From Octopus sinensis (lineage: Eukaryota), in the NCBI RefSeq assembly GCF_006345805.1, contig NC_043016.1, positions 32,240,001 to 32,304,000 on the forward strand: DNA of 64,000 bases, written 5' to 3'. Below are positions 1-10,139 of the stretch, in pieces (positions within the stretch are counted from its first letter, which is position 1; each line of letters starts with the position of its first letter). The notes beneath the pieces are model-generated. The model was not told where the DNA came from. It made no database searches and worked only from the letters and a program-made list of their open reading frames with translations. Position numbers and translations under genes: made by a program.

Positions 1-300
1 CTCTTTTGCTGAACTGCTAAGTTACGGGGACGTAAACACGTCAGCATTGGTTGTCAAGCAATGTTGGGGGGACAAACACAGACACACAAATACATATACA
101 CACATACACACACATATATATATATATACATATATACGATGGGCTTCTTTCAGTTTCCATCTACCAAATCCACTCACAAGGCTTTGGTTGGCCTGAGGCT
201 ATAGCAGAAGACACTTGCCCAAGGTGCCACGCAGTGGGACTGAACCCAGAACCATGTGGTTGGTAAGCAAGCTACTTACCACACAGCCACTCCTGTGCCT
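1..300 (-). mobile_element. SINE-A (tRNA-derived SINE with central TA/TG microsatellite), truncated by window start
   Basis: Reverse complement of the family head GGAGTGGCTGTGTGGTAAG (A-box-like) ... GGTTCAGTCCC (B-box-like) ... CCTTGGGCAAGTGTCTT; about 20 copies in the window. Confidence 0.85.
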
Positions 301-514
301 ATATAATCGTGTTTTATCTCATAGATTTGAGATTTTAAAGATGAGATTGCTTATTTTTGGAATGACATTGTTGGATAGGTGTAAGAGACTAGATCTGGCT
401 GCTTTTTTTTTTTTACTTAAAACAAGTAGAATTTTTGATGTGGATATGGTTAGTTTAAATGCTAAACTGTTAAATACTCGTATCATGAAAAGGTGCACCG
501 AGTTTATTTCGTAA

Positions 515-715
515 AGTGATTGGTGTCAGAAAGGACATCCAATCAAAGAAACCATTCGAAAATAAAAATGGATGAGTGAAGCATGGTTCTTTGGCTGCAT
601 CTAGGAAGATAGTAACTTTGAGTAAGAACTGACTTCAACAAGGGGTGACAACCTGTCCACCACATGCCAGCATGGAAAGTAGACATATGATGATGCTGGT
701 GTTTGTTATAGTGGT
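515..715 (+). mobile_element. Degenerate RTE LINE 3'UTR remnant with (GAT)n tail
   Basis: GATTGGTGTCAGAAAGGACATCC ... CATGCCAGCATGGAAAG..ATGATGATG matches the other RTE 3' ends in the window. Confidence 0.6.
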
Positions 716-730
716 GGTATGTATATATGT

Positions 731-789
<59 letters not shown>

Positions 790-1149
790 CATACATACAT
801 ATACACACACTCTCTCTCTCACACACACACGCGTGTGTGTGTACTGAAGTGTTTGTTTCTTAGATGTATGTGAGCTAAAACGTTTAAGTGTATATGTATA
901 TACATATAGTCAGACATACACACATATACATACATACCAATGTACACACACACACTCACACACACACACACATACATTCTTTATTAAAGCATAGCTGAGT
1001 GGTTAAGATGTTAATTTTGCAATTATCAGTTTCCAGGTTTGATCTCCCCACATCACATCTTGGGTAAGTGTTCTTTTTGTATAGCTTTAAGTCAACCTCT
1101 TAGCCTTGTAAGTAGAAATGAGTAGCCTCCAATTGATCGTGTTATTAAA

Positions 1150-1380
1150 TATAATTTCATTCAAAATTTCTGGTGATTAGGAAACCTGTACATTTTTGGA
1201 ATGGTCAGAGCATAGAGAATCAGAAAATCAATACTGGCATTTGCATAGTCACCTGCATGGCCAACAGCCATTTTCGATTTTCAAATAGCTGCCTTAAATA
1301 CATACTTGGCGCTTTCTTTGTTTTTAGTCAGTTTAGAAATTTAATTAAATGTGTTAATTTTGTTTTCTAGGTCAAGGAAT
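1150..1380. repeat. Left long terminal/subterminal inverted repeat of a decayed Academ-type DNA transposon
   Basis: Colinear inverted match to 10140-10365, e.g. AAAATTTCTGGTGATTAGGAAACC vs AAAATTTTTGGAGATTAACAAAGC; CAGCCATTTT; TGTTTTCTAGGTCAA vs TGTTTTCTGTGTCAA. Confidence 0.6.
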
Positions 1381-1454
1381 TGAATAAAAGTTTGGGAATA
1401 GTGATCAAGAATACAGAAACATAACAAAGATAATTGAAAACAATTCTCTTTTAC

Positions 1455-1760
1455 ATGCAGTGACATGTAAAGCATCCATGTAGTGCCACATAAAAATGCC
1501 CATGTGGAGCCACATGAAAAGCACCTGTGTGGCTCCATGTAAAAGCATCTGTTGGTGCCATGTAAAAGTACCCATCACACTCTGTAAAGTGGTTGGTGTT
1601 AGGAAAGGCATCCAGTCACAGAAGCCATGCCAAATCAGACTGGAGTCTGTTGCAGCTCCCCAGCATGCCATCTTTGGTCAAACTGACCAACCCATGCCAA
1701 CATGAACAACAGACATTAAATGATGATGATAATGACAATGATGATGGTGATGATGATGAT
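1455..1760 (+). mobile_element. RTE LINE 3'UTR with short tandem GTGCCACATAAAA-like units and (GAT)n tail
   Basis: GGTTGGTGTTAGGAAAGGCATCCAG ... CCAACCCATGCCAACATG..CATTAAATGATGATG. Confidence 0.7.
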
Positions 1761-1974
1761 ATTTGTGATGCAGTTGTTTTACACAATTCCTATTGAAAGT
1801 CCTTTGAAGTTTTAAATACAGATTTATTAAGTAACAAAGCAGACTTCTTAGTTATCAGGTTGAACCATAAGTTCCGCATGCAGGAACTATTTGGTCTGTA
1901 TCTTTCGGAAATAAGGTTTTACACATCTTCATTGCTTTCTTGGGTGTGTAATTTCGGGCGGCGCCACAGTCCAT

Positions 1975-2135
1975 CTCATTTTCACAGTTACTGAAGTTTT
2001 GCAGAGGCCATGTTGTGTTGTGTCTCCTCGGTAAATTCCTCTCAGTTGTGCAATGGTGTTTTCACTGACATATGACCAATGACATAATGGTCAGTGATAC
2101 CATTGGAACTTTCTTATTGGTAGGTGGTGTCTTAC
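1975..2135 (-). pseudogene. Academ-type C-terminal Cys-rich (CXC/Cys8) zinc-finger remnant
   Basis: Minus-strand translation IMSLVICQ*KHHCTTER..RRHN...NCENE resembles the IIELVRCxCKxxCxxxRCSC...CEN terminus of Academ proteins. Confidence 0.45.
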
Positions 2136-2140
2136 AATGT

Positions 2141-2572
2141 TCATCATCATTATCATCATCATCATCATTTAATGTCCATTTTCCATGCTGGCATGGGTTG
2201 GATGGTTTGACAGGAGATGCCCAGGTTCCATTTCTGTTTTGGTATGGTTTCTACTGCTGGATGCCCTCCTAACACTAACCACTCTACAGAGTGTACTGGG
2301 TGTTTTACACAGCACCAGCACAGGTGCTCTTACATGGCACCAGCACCAAGAACCCGCTAGGTTAAGAATGCTCAGCTGGAGACAGATGCAGGGAACAAGC
2401 CTGTATGCAAAGCCAACTTTGTTTTTTTGCTTTTACTTAACTTGATGTGTCTTTCCAAACACAACAAACCACCAGAATTCTCAGCCCTCTTTCATCCACT
2501 CTGAATCCCAATGTTTGTAGATCTTTTCTCACCACTATGTCCCACATCTTCCTAGGTCTACCCCTTCCACAT
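2141..2572 (-). mobile_element. 5'-truncated RTE-clade LINE (ORF end + 3'UTR + GAT tail)
   Basis: Minus strand reads CGRGRPRKMWDIVVRKDLQTLG, then 3'UTR with GTGCTGGTGCC units, GGAGGGCATCCAGC, CCCATGCCAGCATGGAAAATGGACATTAAA(TGA)n. Confidence 0.8.
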
Positions 2573-2574
2573 CC

Positions 2575-3195
2575 TTATATTTCAGAGTCTTGGAACCTCA
2601 CCCTACACTCTAAATGTACATATAGCACAGGAGTGGCTGTCTGGTAAGTAGCTTGCTTACCAACCACATGGTTCCGAGTTCATTCCCACTGTGTGGCACC
2701 TTGGGCAAGTGCCATCTACTATAGCCTCAGGCCAACCAAAGCCAAAGAGTGGATTTGGTAGACGGAAACTGAAAGAAGCCTGTTGTATATATGTATTTAT
2801 ATATGTATGTATGTGTGTATATGTTTATGTGCCTGTGTTTATTCCTCAACATTGCTTGACAACCGATGATGGTGTGTTTGCATCCCCATAACTTAGCAGT
2901 TCGGCAAAAGAGACCGATAGAATAAGTACTAGGCTTACAAAGAATAAGTCCTGGGGTCGAGTTGCTCGACTAAAGGTGGTGCTCCAGTATGGCCACAGTC
3001 AAATGACTGAAACAAGTAAAAGAGTAAAGAGTATATTCAGTGTTCTTCTTAAAACAATACCACCTGCTGTGGGATGGCAGTTGCTGCCTTCTTCTGCAAG
3101 ATGTTTGCAACGCTGATGCCATTTTGGTGTTTGGTCACCTTCCTCTATCAGTTTCATTAATACTGAGATGATGTTCCTGTCAGCTTTCTTGTACT
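2575..3195 (-). pseudogene. Academ-type ORF remnant split by a SINE-A insertion
   Basis: YKKADRNIISVL..KWHQRCKHLAEEGSNCHPTAG (3033-3195) joins EEH*IYVHLECRVRFQD (2575-2622) once the SINE is removed; matches the LPPT..LEEHIKRVxLQxxVW motif. Confidence 0.5.
2624..3032 (+). mobile_element. SINE-A, full length
   Basis: Head GCACAGGAGTGGCTGT, central (TA)/(TG) tract, tail GTCAAATGACTGAAACAAGTAAAAGAGTAAAGAGTA. Confidence 0.9.
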
Positions 3196-3199
3196 CTCT

Positions 3200-3860
3200 C
3201 TCTTTTACTCTTTTACATGTTTCAGTCATTTGACTGTGGCCATGCTGGAGCACCACCTTTAGTTGAGCAAATCGACCCTGGGAATTATTCTTTGTAAGCC
3301 CGATACTTATTCTATCGGTCTCTTTTGCTGAACCGCTAAGTTACGGGGACATAAACACACCAGCATCGGTTGTCAAGCAATGCTAGGGGGTCAAACCCAG
3401 ACACACAAACACATACATACATATACATATATATACACATATACGACAGGCTTCTTTCAGTTTCCGTCTACCAAATCCACTCACAAGGCATTGGTCGGCC
3501 CGGGGCTATAGCAGAAGACACTTGCCCAAGATGCCACGCAGTGGGACTGAAACCGGCCCGGTACTTATTCTATCGGTCTCTTTTGCCGAACCGCTAAGTT
3601 ACGGGGACGTAAACACACCAGCATCGGTTGTCAAGCAATGCTAGGGGGTCAAACCCAGACACACAAACACATACATACATATACATATATATACACATAT
3701 ACGACAGGCTTCTTTCAGTTTCCGTCTACCAAATCCACTCACAAGGCATTGGTCGGCCCGGGGCTATAGCAGAAGACATTTGCCCAAGATGCCATGCAGT
3801 GGGACTGAACCCGGAACCATGTGGTTGGTTAGCAAGCTACTTACCACACAGCCACTCCTG
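3200..3860 (-). mobile_element. SINE-A with internal 258-bp tandem duplication
   Basis: About 3299-3556 repeated at about 3557-3814 (near-identical ORF starts at 3370 and 3628). Confidence 0.9.
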
Positions 3861-3861
3861 T

Positions 3862-4033
3862 TGAAACGACATGGTTTTTCTGAACCCTTTGGTATTCAGA
3901 TTACTCTGTCACATTGTTTTGAATTAACCTCACATTGTAGGGTAGGTATGAGAAGCCAGTTCTGTCCAGTTTGAACATAAAACATGTAGAATATTTTGGC
4001 GGGATGTGACCTGTTTAAATGCTAAAGGGTTAA
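3862..4033. mobile_element. piggyBac-like MITE end
   Basis: Terminates GTTTAAATGCTAAAGGG|TTAA; related ends near 470, 30310, 53750 and 63260. Confidence 0.45.
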
Positions 4034-4116
4034 TCCAGAGAATATTCCATGAATGTGGAAAATATCAGTAGCATGACTGTCTTGTCTCATCTCATCTATC
4101 TTAAACTTCAAAGTAT

Positions 4117-4482
4117 GAGGTGCAGGAGTGACTGTGTAGTAAGTAGCTTTCTTACCAACCACATGGTCCTGGGTTCAATCCCACTGCATGACACCTTGGG
4201 CAAGTGTCTTCTACTATAGCATTGTGAGTGGATTTGGTAAACGGAAACTGAAAGAAGCCCATCGTATATATGTATATATATATGTATGTGTGCGTATATG
4301 TTTGTGTGTCTGTGTTTGTCCCCCCAACATCGCTTGACAAACGATGCTGGTGTGTTTACGTCCCCGTAACTTAGCGGTTCGGCAAAAGAGACCAATAGAA
4401 TAAGTATTAGGCTTACAAAGAATAAGTCTTGGGGTTGATTTGCTCCAGCATGGCCGCAGTCAAATGACTGAAATAAAGTAAA
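4117..4482 (+). mobile_element. SINE-A
   Basis: Family head, body and tail with small internal deletions. Confidence 0.85.
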
Positions 4483-4504
4483 ACAGTACCTAGTTTCCAT
4501 ACAT

Positions 4505-4822
4505 CTACTGACATTCCATCGGTTATGATGATGAGTTTTCAGTTGATTGATGAAACAACATGTTCATGAAATTAACATGCAAGTGGCTGAGCGCTCCACA
4601 GACATTCATATGCTTAACGTAGTTCTCAGGGAGTGTGACAAACAATGTGACAAGGCCGGCCCTTTGAAATACAGGTAGAACTCATTTTAACCAGCTGAGT
4701 GGACTGGAGCAACATGAAATAAAGTGTCTTGCTCAAGGACACAACAACCATACCAGGAATTGAACTCATTACCTTACGATTGTGAGCAGAAAACCCAAAC
4801 CACTAAGCCATGTGCCTTCACT
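4505..4822 (-). mobile_element. SINE-E (second tRNA-derived SINE)
   Basis: Minus-strand head GGCACATGGCTTAGTGG..GAGTTCAATTCC, then GTGTCCTTGAGCAAGACACTTTA; related copy at about 41060-41365. Confidence 0.75.
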
Positions 4823-4834
4823 TAACCATACATC

Positions 4835-5300
4835 CTCATCATCATCATTGTTTAATGTGTGCTTTCCATGCTAGCATGGGTTGGACGATTTGACTGAGGA
4901 CTGGTGAACCAGATGGCTGCACCAGGCACCAATCTGATCTGGAAGAGTTTCAACAGCTGGATTCCCTTCCTAATTCCAACCACTCCAAGAGTGTAGTGGG
5001 TGCTTTTACATACAACTGGCACGAGGGCCAGCCTTGTGGTACTGGCAACGGCCACGCTCAAATGGTACTTTTTATGTGTCACCTGCACAGGAGCCAGTCC
5101 AGCGGCACTGGCAACGACCTCACTCGAATGTTTTGTTCACATGCCACCAGCACAAGTGCCAGTAAGGCGACGCTGGTAACGATCACACTCAAATGGTGCT
5201 TTTTACATGCCCACTGGCACGGAAGCCAGACAGTTGCTCTGGCAGTGATCCCACTCGGATGGAGCTGTTAGCGCTCCACTAGCACGGGTGCCAGTCATCG
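4835..5300 (-). mobile_element. RTE LINE 3'UTR with five diverged ~62-bp stem-loop units
   Basis: (CAT)n tail at 4835, TTTCCATGCTAGCATGGGTTGG, then repeated GCAC..GCCAG-loop-CTGG units. Confidence 0.8.
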
Positions 5301-5324
5301 AATTTAGTTCAATTGTTATAGATA

Positions 5325-5528
5325 TTGGTTTCAAATTTTGGCACAAAGTCAGTAATTTCAGGTGAGTGGGTTAAATAGTGCTCAACTGGTACTTATTTTA
5401 TCAACCCCCAAAAAGGATGAAAGCCAAAGCTGACCGCAACAGAATTTGAATTCAGAACAAAAAGACAAATGAAATACCACTAAGCACTTTGTCCAGCATG
5501 CTAACGATTCTACCAGCTCACTGCCTTA
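5325..5528 (-). mobile_element. SINE-B (tRNA-derived), tail type CTTTGTGCCAAAATTTGAAACC
   Basis: Head AAGGCAGTGAGCTGGTAGAATCGTTAGC, B-box-like GAATTCAAATTC, TTTCATCC core. Confidence 0.8.
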
Positions 5529-5910
5529 TATTGTTATAAATATTGTGGGCTTAGCTGTGTGGTTACTTTGTTTAAACTGAATCTTACTGCTAGACTCTTC
5601 CTAACCTTGAAACCACTGGTGCCATCCCGTACACACTGTTTTTTTTCACATAATATATATGAGAGTATACCATGTAGGCTAGCTTACAGTATAAATACAA
5701 TAGTGTGTGATTTAAAAGACATTTAGTTACTATTTTAATAGGCGTAGGAGTGGCTGTGTGGTAAGTAGCTTGCTTACAAACCTCATGGTTCCAGGTTCAT
5801 TCCCACTGTGTGGTACCTTGGGCAAGTGTCTTCTACTATAGCCTTGGGCTGACCAAAGCCTTCTGAGTGGATTTCGTAGACAGAAACTGAAAGAAGCATG
5901 TCGTATATAT

Positions 5911-6580
5911 CATCATCACCATCATCATCATCATCTTTTAGCGTCCGCTTTCCATGCTAGCATGGGTTGGACGGGTCAACTGGGGTCTGTGAAGCTGGAA
6001 GGCTTCGTCAGGCCCAGTCAGATCTGGCAGTGTTTCTACGGCTGGATGCCCTTCCTAACGCCAACCACTCCGTGAGTGTAGTGGGTGTTTTTTACGTGCC
6101 ACCTGCACAGGTGCCAGACAGAGCTGGCGAACGGCCACGAACGGATGGTGCTTTTACGTGTCCCCGGCACAGGGCCAGGCGATGCTGGCAACGGACACGA
6201 ACGGATGGTGCTTTTACGTGCCACCGACACGGGGCCAGACAGAGCTGGCAAACGGCCACGAACAGACGGTGCTTTTACGTGGCCAGCCGAGGCTGGCAAC
6301 GGACGCGAACGGATGGTGCTTTTACGTGCCACCGACACGGTTGCCAGACAGAGCTGGCGAACGGCCACGAACGGACGGTGCTTTTACGTGTCACCGGCAC
6401 GGGGGCCAGCCGAGGCTGGCAACGGACACGAACGGATGGTGCTTTTACGTGCCACCAACACAGGGCCAGACAGAGCTGGCAAACGGCCACGAACGGACGG
6501 TGCTTTTACGTGTCACCGGCACGGGGCCAGGCAAGGCTGGCAACGAACACAAACGGATGGTGCTTTTACATGCCACCGAC
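5911..6580 (-). mobile_element. Young RTE 3'UTR with ~8 x 60-61-bp tandem units (alternating dimer)
   Basis: GGTGCTTTTAC recurs near 6148, 6208, 6268, 6315, 6378, 6438, 6499 and 6559; CpG-rich. Confidence 0.85.
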
Positions 6581-6596
6581 ATATATATATATATAT

Positions 6597-6970
6597 ACTA
6601 GCACTATGACCCAGCAACGCCGGATCATAATGCTAGTGCATGCATATACAGCTGTGTGCGTGCGCACATACACGCAAGTACTGTCCAAATCTCCAACCAG
6701 TCACATACAGCTAGCTGGCATTCAATTGGCGTATCAAGTTTTGGGCATTTTGATTGGGTTTTGGATAGAAAATTCACAAAAATGTCACTCCTATTGATTT
6801 TTTTAATGGCTTTGTTGAGTGACTGGGGAAATGTGAAGTTGTGCACAACCACCTTTGGATGGTTTTGAATGATCATAGAAAGTGCGAGCCCTCTAACAGA
6901 AAAATTGTGGATTTGTATAAAGGATACACACACACACACACACACACAGACATTTTGCTGTTTAAATATA
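6597..6970 (-). mobile_element. Non-autonomous Helitron-like element
   Basis: Minus-strand 3' end hairpin CTAGCATTATGATCCGG..CTGGGTCATAGTGCTAG|T; 5' end TATATTTAAACAGCAAAATGTCTGTGTG; sits in a TA tract with no TSD. Confidence 0.6.
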
Positions 6971-7209
6971 TATATATGTATGTATGTGTGTATATAAGTT
7001 TGTGTGTCTGTGTTTGTCCCCCCCCCAACATCGCTTGACGGCCGATGCTGCTGTGTTTGCATCCCCGTAACTTAGCGGTTCGGCAAAAGGGACCGATAGA
7101 ATATCTACTAGGTTTCCAAAGGATAAGTCCCGGGGTCGATTTGCTCGACTAAAGGCGGTGCTCCAGCATGGGCACAGTCAAATGACTGAAACAAGTAAAA
7201 GAGTATATC

Positions 7210-8430
7210 AGTAGTATGTGTTGTTCAACACATATTGTTGAACATATCGCAGAATGTTAACAGAACTTGTAGTGTACAGCAACCAGAAGTCCATCCATGC
7301 TTTGGGATGGTGCTGTGATAAATCACCAGCCTTCACATGGTTGTTATTGTCAACTGCATTTGTAGTTTTTTTTTTCGTGCAGTATGGTGCAGATGTGAGA
7401 ACTAACTTTTGACTTATTCTTGAGCACTGTTTATTTAAGCTATTCCAATAAATTTTTTTTTTTTTGTTCCTGAGACAAAGAATTCCATTAAATATGTATT
7501 TAATATTTGTGGTGTCAGCCATTTGCTATTGAATTAGATGTTTGCCTTGTCTTTATTTCCTCCTTGTTTCTTTCTTGCTTCAAGGAGTTTCGCTTTATAA
7601 ATGTCAAACATGAGAATAATCTTGTCAAAATCTGCTGTCGATGCTAGATCCTGTTATTGAATATTTAGCTAAGATCTGTGACTGTGCTGATTGTTTTTGG
7701 GATCAATAACATTCCATTCGCAAACGGCAATTTTTGAACTTTCAACTGACTGATGTTGTTCTTCTCTAACATGTTCTTCAGATATTGTTGATTTTTCGTT
7801 TTGATGAATATCATTGGTCTTTTCCAGATTTTCCACGCAATGTCTGAGTTTGAACCTGGATGTACATAGAAGGACAGATATATCTAAGACAAACAATGCC
7901 CTGAGTGTTAGAGTAAACTCCATGTTCCTAAGTACATTCTTCTAATCAGCATCTCAGTTTGATAATGCCATAGACCAACCATAGAATTGTTCTGTTTCTT
8001 TCAGACCCTCCTTTGATTGTTTATTTCTTATTTCATGAAGAATTTGGTGTTGTTCTGCTTCTTAACTGTTACCCAGAAGCTAATATCTCCACTGATGTCT
8101 TAAGCAATATGCTCATCATACTGTATCTAGCCACTTTCATCGACCAATCAAATTCTGTGGAATATCATCTTGGGTAACATATACATGTCTTATTAAGTTG
8201 TTAACATGATCACCTTCTAAGTCCAAAAGATTCTGGTAATTCAGGAGGGTAGCCTTGATCTTGTTGAAAGTGTCATGCTGTTTCTTGACAGTACTTGGTT
8301 ATATTGTACTTCATGGTATTCTTGTGGGCTGTGAACAATGTCCCTTATAATTTCTTGAAAAGTGTAACATCTTTGGTGTGGCCTGAAAGAATTGATGCCT
8401 TGTGTTGGCAACATTAGAAATACTAATTAC
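7210..8430 (-). pseudogene. Academ(X)-type transposase C-terminal region plus XPG/PIN-like nuclease remnant
   Basis: Decayed frames: VISISNVANTRHQFFQATP, QHDTFNKIKA..LEGDHVNNLI, KNVLRNMEFTLTLRALFVLD...CTSRFKLRHCVE, KIAV/NGMLLI, FDKIILMFDIYKA, RQGKHLIQ*QMADTTNIKYI, DNNNHVKAG (cf. NHEEAD). Confidence 0.65.
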
Positions 8431-9320
8431 ATAGAGCATACCTTCATCCCTTAAAATGGTAGAAATAGGCAGGAGATCTCCATACAACTGTTTCTTGGGT
8501 GGGATGAGTTCTCCAAGATATGCTTAAGACTGCTCTCAGCATTCAAGTGTATGTTCCATCTAGCTTGGATCCTGATTTTTTGGTAAGCATTCATACTGTT
8601 TCTGTTGTGTCTGGGGAGAGTCATTTTCTTCTTGTGCCTTATAATTTAACGCACTCACCGGTAAAATTTCCATTTATTTCTTATTTTTATTTTCCTAAAA
8701 TTTTCGTTGCATCTTGCAACCTTTTCAAATATGCTTCAACACATGAACTCACATAAAGAATCTTGCAAACCAAACCCAAAAACGAAATTCATGCTCTTGC
8801 TTCATATAAAAGAACTGATTCTTCTGTTGCATGGAAAGAAATTCATCTTAAGGTTGTCTGATAGGGTTGATTTTCAGACAGCATCCAGTTTGTTTAGGAC
8901 TCACCATGCTTTGGAAAACATTGCTGGTGAGCTAAACAAGAGCTGGCAAATGACCCACTGCTATGGACGCCGAAGTATGACTCTACTCAAGCAGGTTGTC
9001 CAAACACAATGTGTGTAGATCAACTGACCAGAGACATTGGATGCCTCCTTGAGGAACTCCTTCGACTAATGCAGGACCAAGATGGGTTAAAAATGTCTGA
9101 GCAAGCTGAACCAAATAATGATGATGATGATGATGATGATGGTGACAACGACAATGTTGACAACAATGCTGATTATGATGATGATGATGATGATGACAAT
9201 GATAACGATGGTGGTGGTGGTGGTGTTGGTGATGATGATGATGATGTTGATGATGATTGTGATGATGATGATGATGATGATGGTGATGATGACGATGATG
9301 ACGATGATGATTATGATGAT
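8431..9320 (+). mobile_element. RTE LINE 3' end with inverted 5' segment and expanded (GAT)n tail
   Basis: Plus 8908-9115 GKHCW*AKQELANDPLLWTP..CVDQLTRDIG; minus 8910-8787 AW*VLNKL..FHATEESVLLY and 8596-8431 LTKK..KLDGTYT*MLRAVLSISWRTHP/KKQLYGDL; tail 9116-9320. Confidence 0.75.
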
Positions 9321-9504
9321 GCCTTCATCACCATATTTGGTTGAACAAATATAATTCACATCGTAAAGTTCCTGCTTCAGATGACCTCTCTGCAAACAGA
9401 GATTAGACATTACTGAAAGAAGATCTTATGTTGGAAGATGTGAGTAAAATATAGTTTCTACCAGGCATTATTGTTCCCCTTTTTATCACTGACACCCTGG
9501 AAAG

Positions 9505-10085
9505 ATAACTTACATTATTTTAGTTGGGCTCCCACCCAGTCCTCAAAGACAAAGCCATTTCACCAAGTATCTCTATCCATCCACACCACCTTCAGATTTT
9601 TTTGTGGATAAAATTCAATCTTGTGTTTTCATTTAGGTTGTTGCTAAATGTCCAGCGTCTTCCACTCTAGCCAGTTCCACTCAGTAAATCCAAAAGCACA
9701 AGTTTTGATGCCTCTTCTTACCTGGTGCCTCACAAAATGACCTGATGTGCAGACTTCATTCTGTGATCTTGTTGGTCACTTTTGGAAGGCTCCCATAGAG
9801 CTGTTCTTTGGTTATGTGCTGCTGCCATTTTGTATTCAGGGCCATTTGTAGCATCCTTGTATGGCAGCCATTGAAACAATTCTTTGCTTGTTTGGTAAGT
9901 GTTTATATTTTACTGCCATATGAGAACATTGACTCAACAGTGGCAAGGGATATTTTGTTTTTTGTTCCTCTCAAATAGTCTTGACTTCCGTATTCTCTTG
10001 AGTTCTTCACATGCTGTGTTACCTTATGCTTTTCTGATTTTCATATCAGCATCAGAGTTGTTTACCCAACTTCCACGATCAGGAA
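9505..10085 (-). mobile_element. 5'-truncated RTE-clade LINE remnant
   Basis: GSWVNNSDADMKIRKA, LATVESMFSYGS, NGCHTRMLQMALNTKWQQHITKEQLYGSLPK. Confidence 0.75.
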
Positions 10086-10139
10086 TCAGCAAAAGTGAAT
10101 AAAATGTTAGGATTAAAAGTCCAATGATGCTACCTGTGG

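Larger units (their letters stand above)
5739..7205 (+). mobile_element. SINE-A split at its central microsatellite by two later insertions
   Basis: 5' half 5739-5910, 3' half about 6970-7205. Confidence 0.8.

Noticed and set aside
51-266. Recurrent small ORF family (..YQIHSQG..EDTCPRCHAVGLNPEPCGW) resembling a Cys-motif multigene family
   Set aside because: Antisense translation of SINE-A; stops and frames vary among copies
2624-2700. SINE heads as genuine tRNA genes
   Set aside because: A/B-box-like motifs only, no complete cloverleaf, and each continues into a SINE body and tail
5967-6797. 276-aa and overlapping repetitive ORFs
   Set aside because: Open in several frames because of a GC-rich tandem repeat in an RTE 3'UTR; no coding signature
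8240-8265. QDQGYPPE read as the Penelope NGYP motif
   Set aside because: The adjacent frame matches the Academ-type protein over a much longer stretch
9009-9410. Poly-Asp/Met/Ile ORFs (also 19494-19859, 39319-39543, 55360-56160, 56667-57405)
   Set aside because: Translations of GAT/AAT/GGT microsatellites
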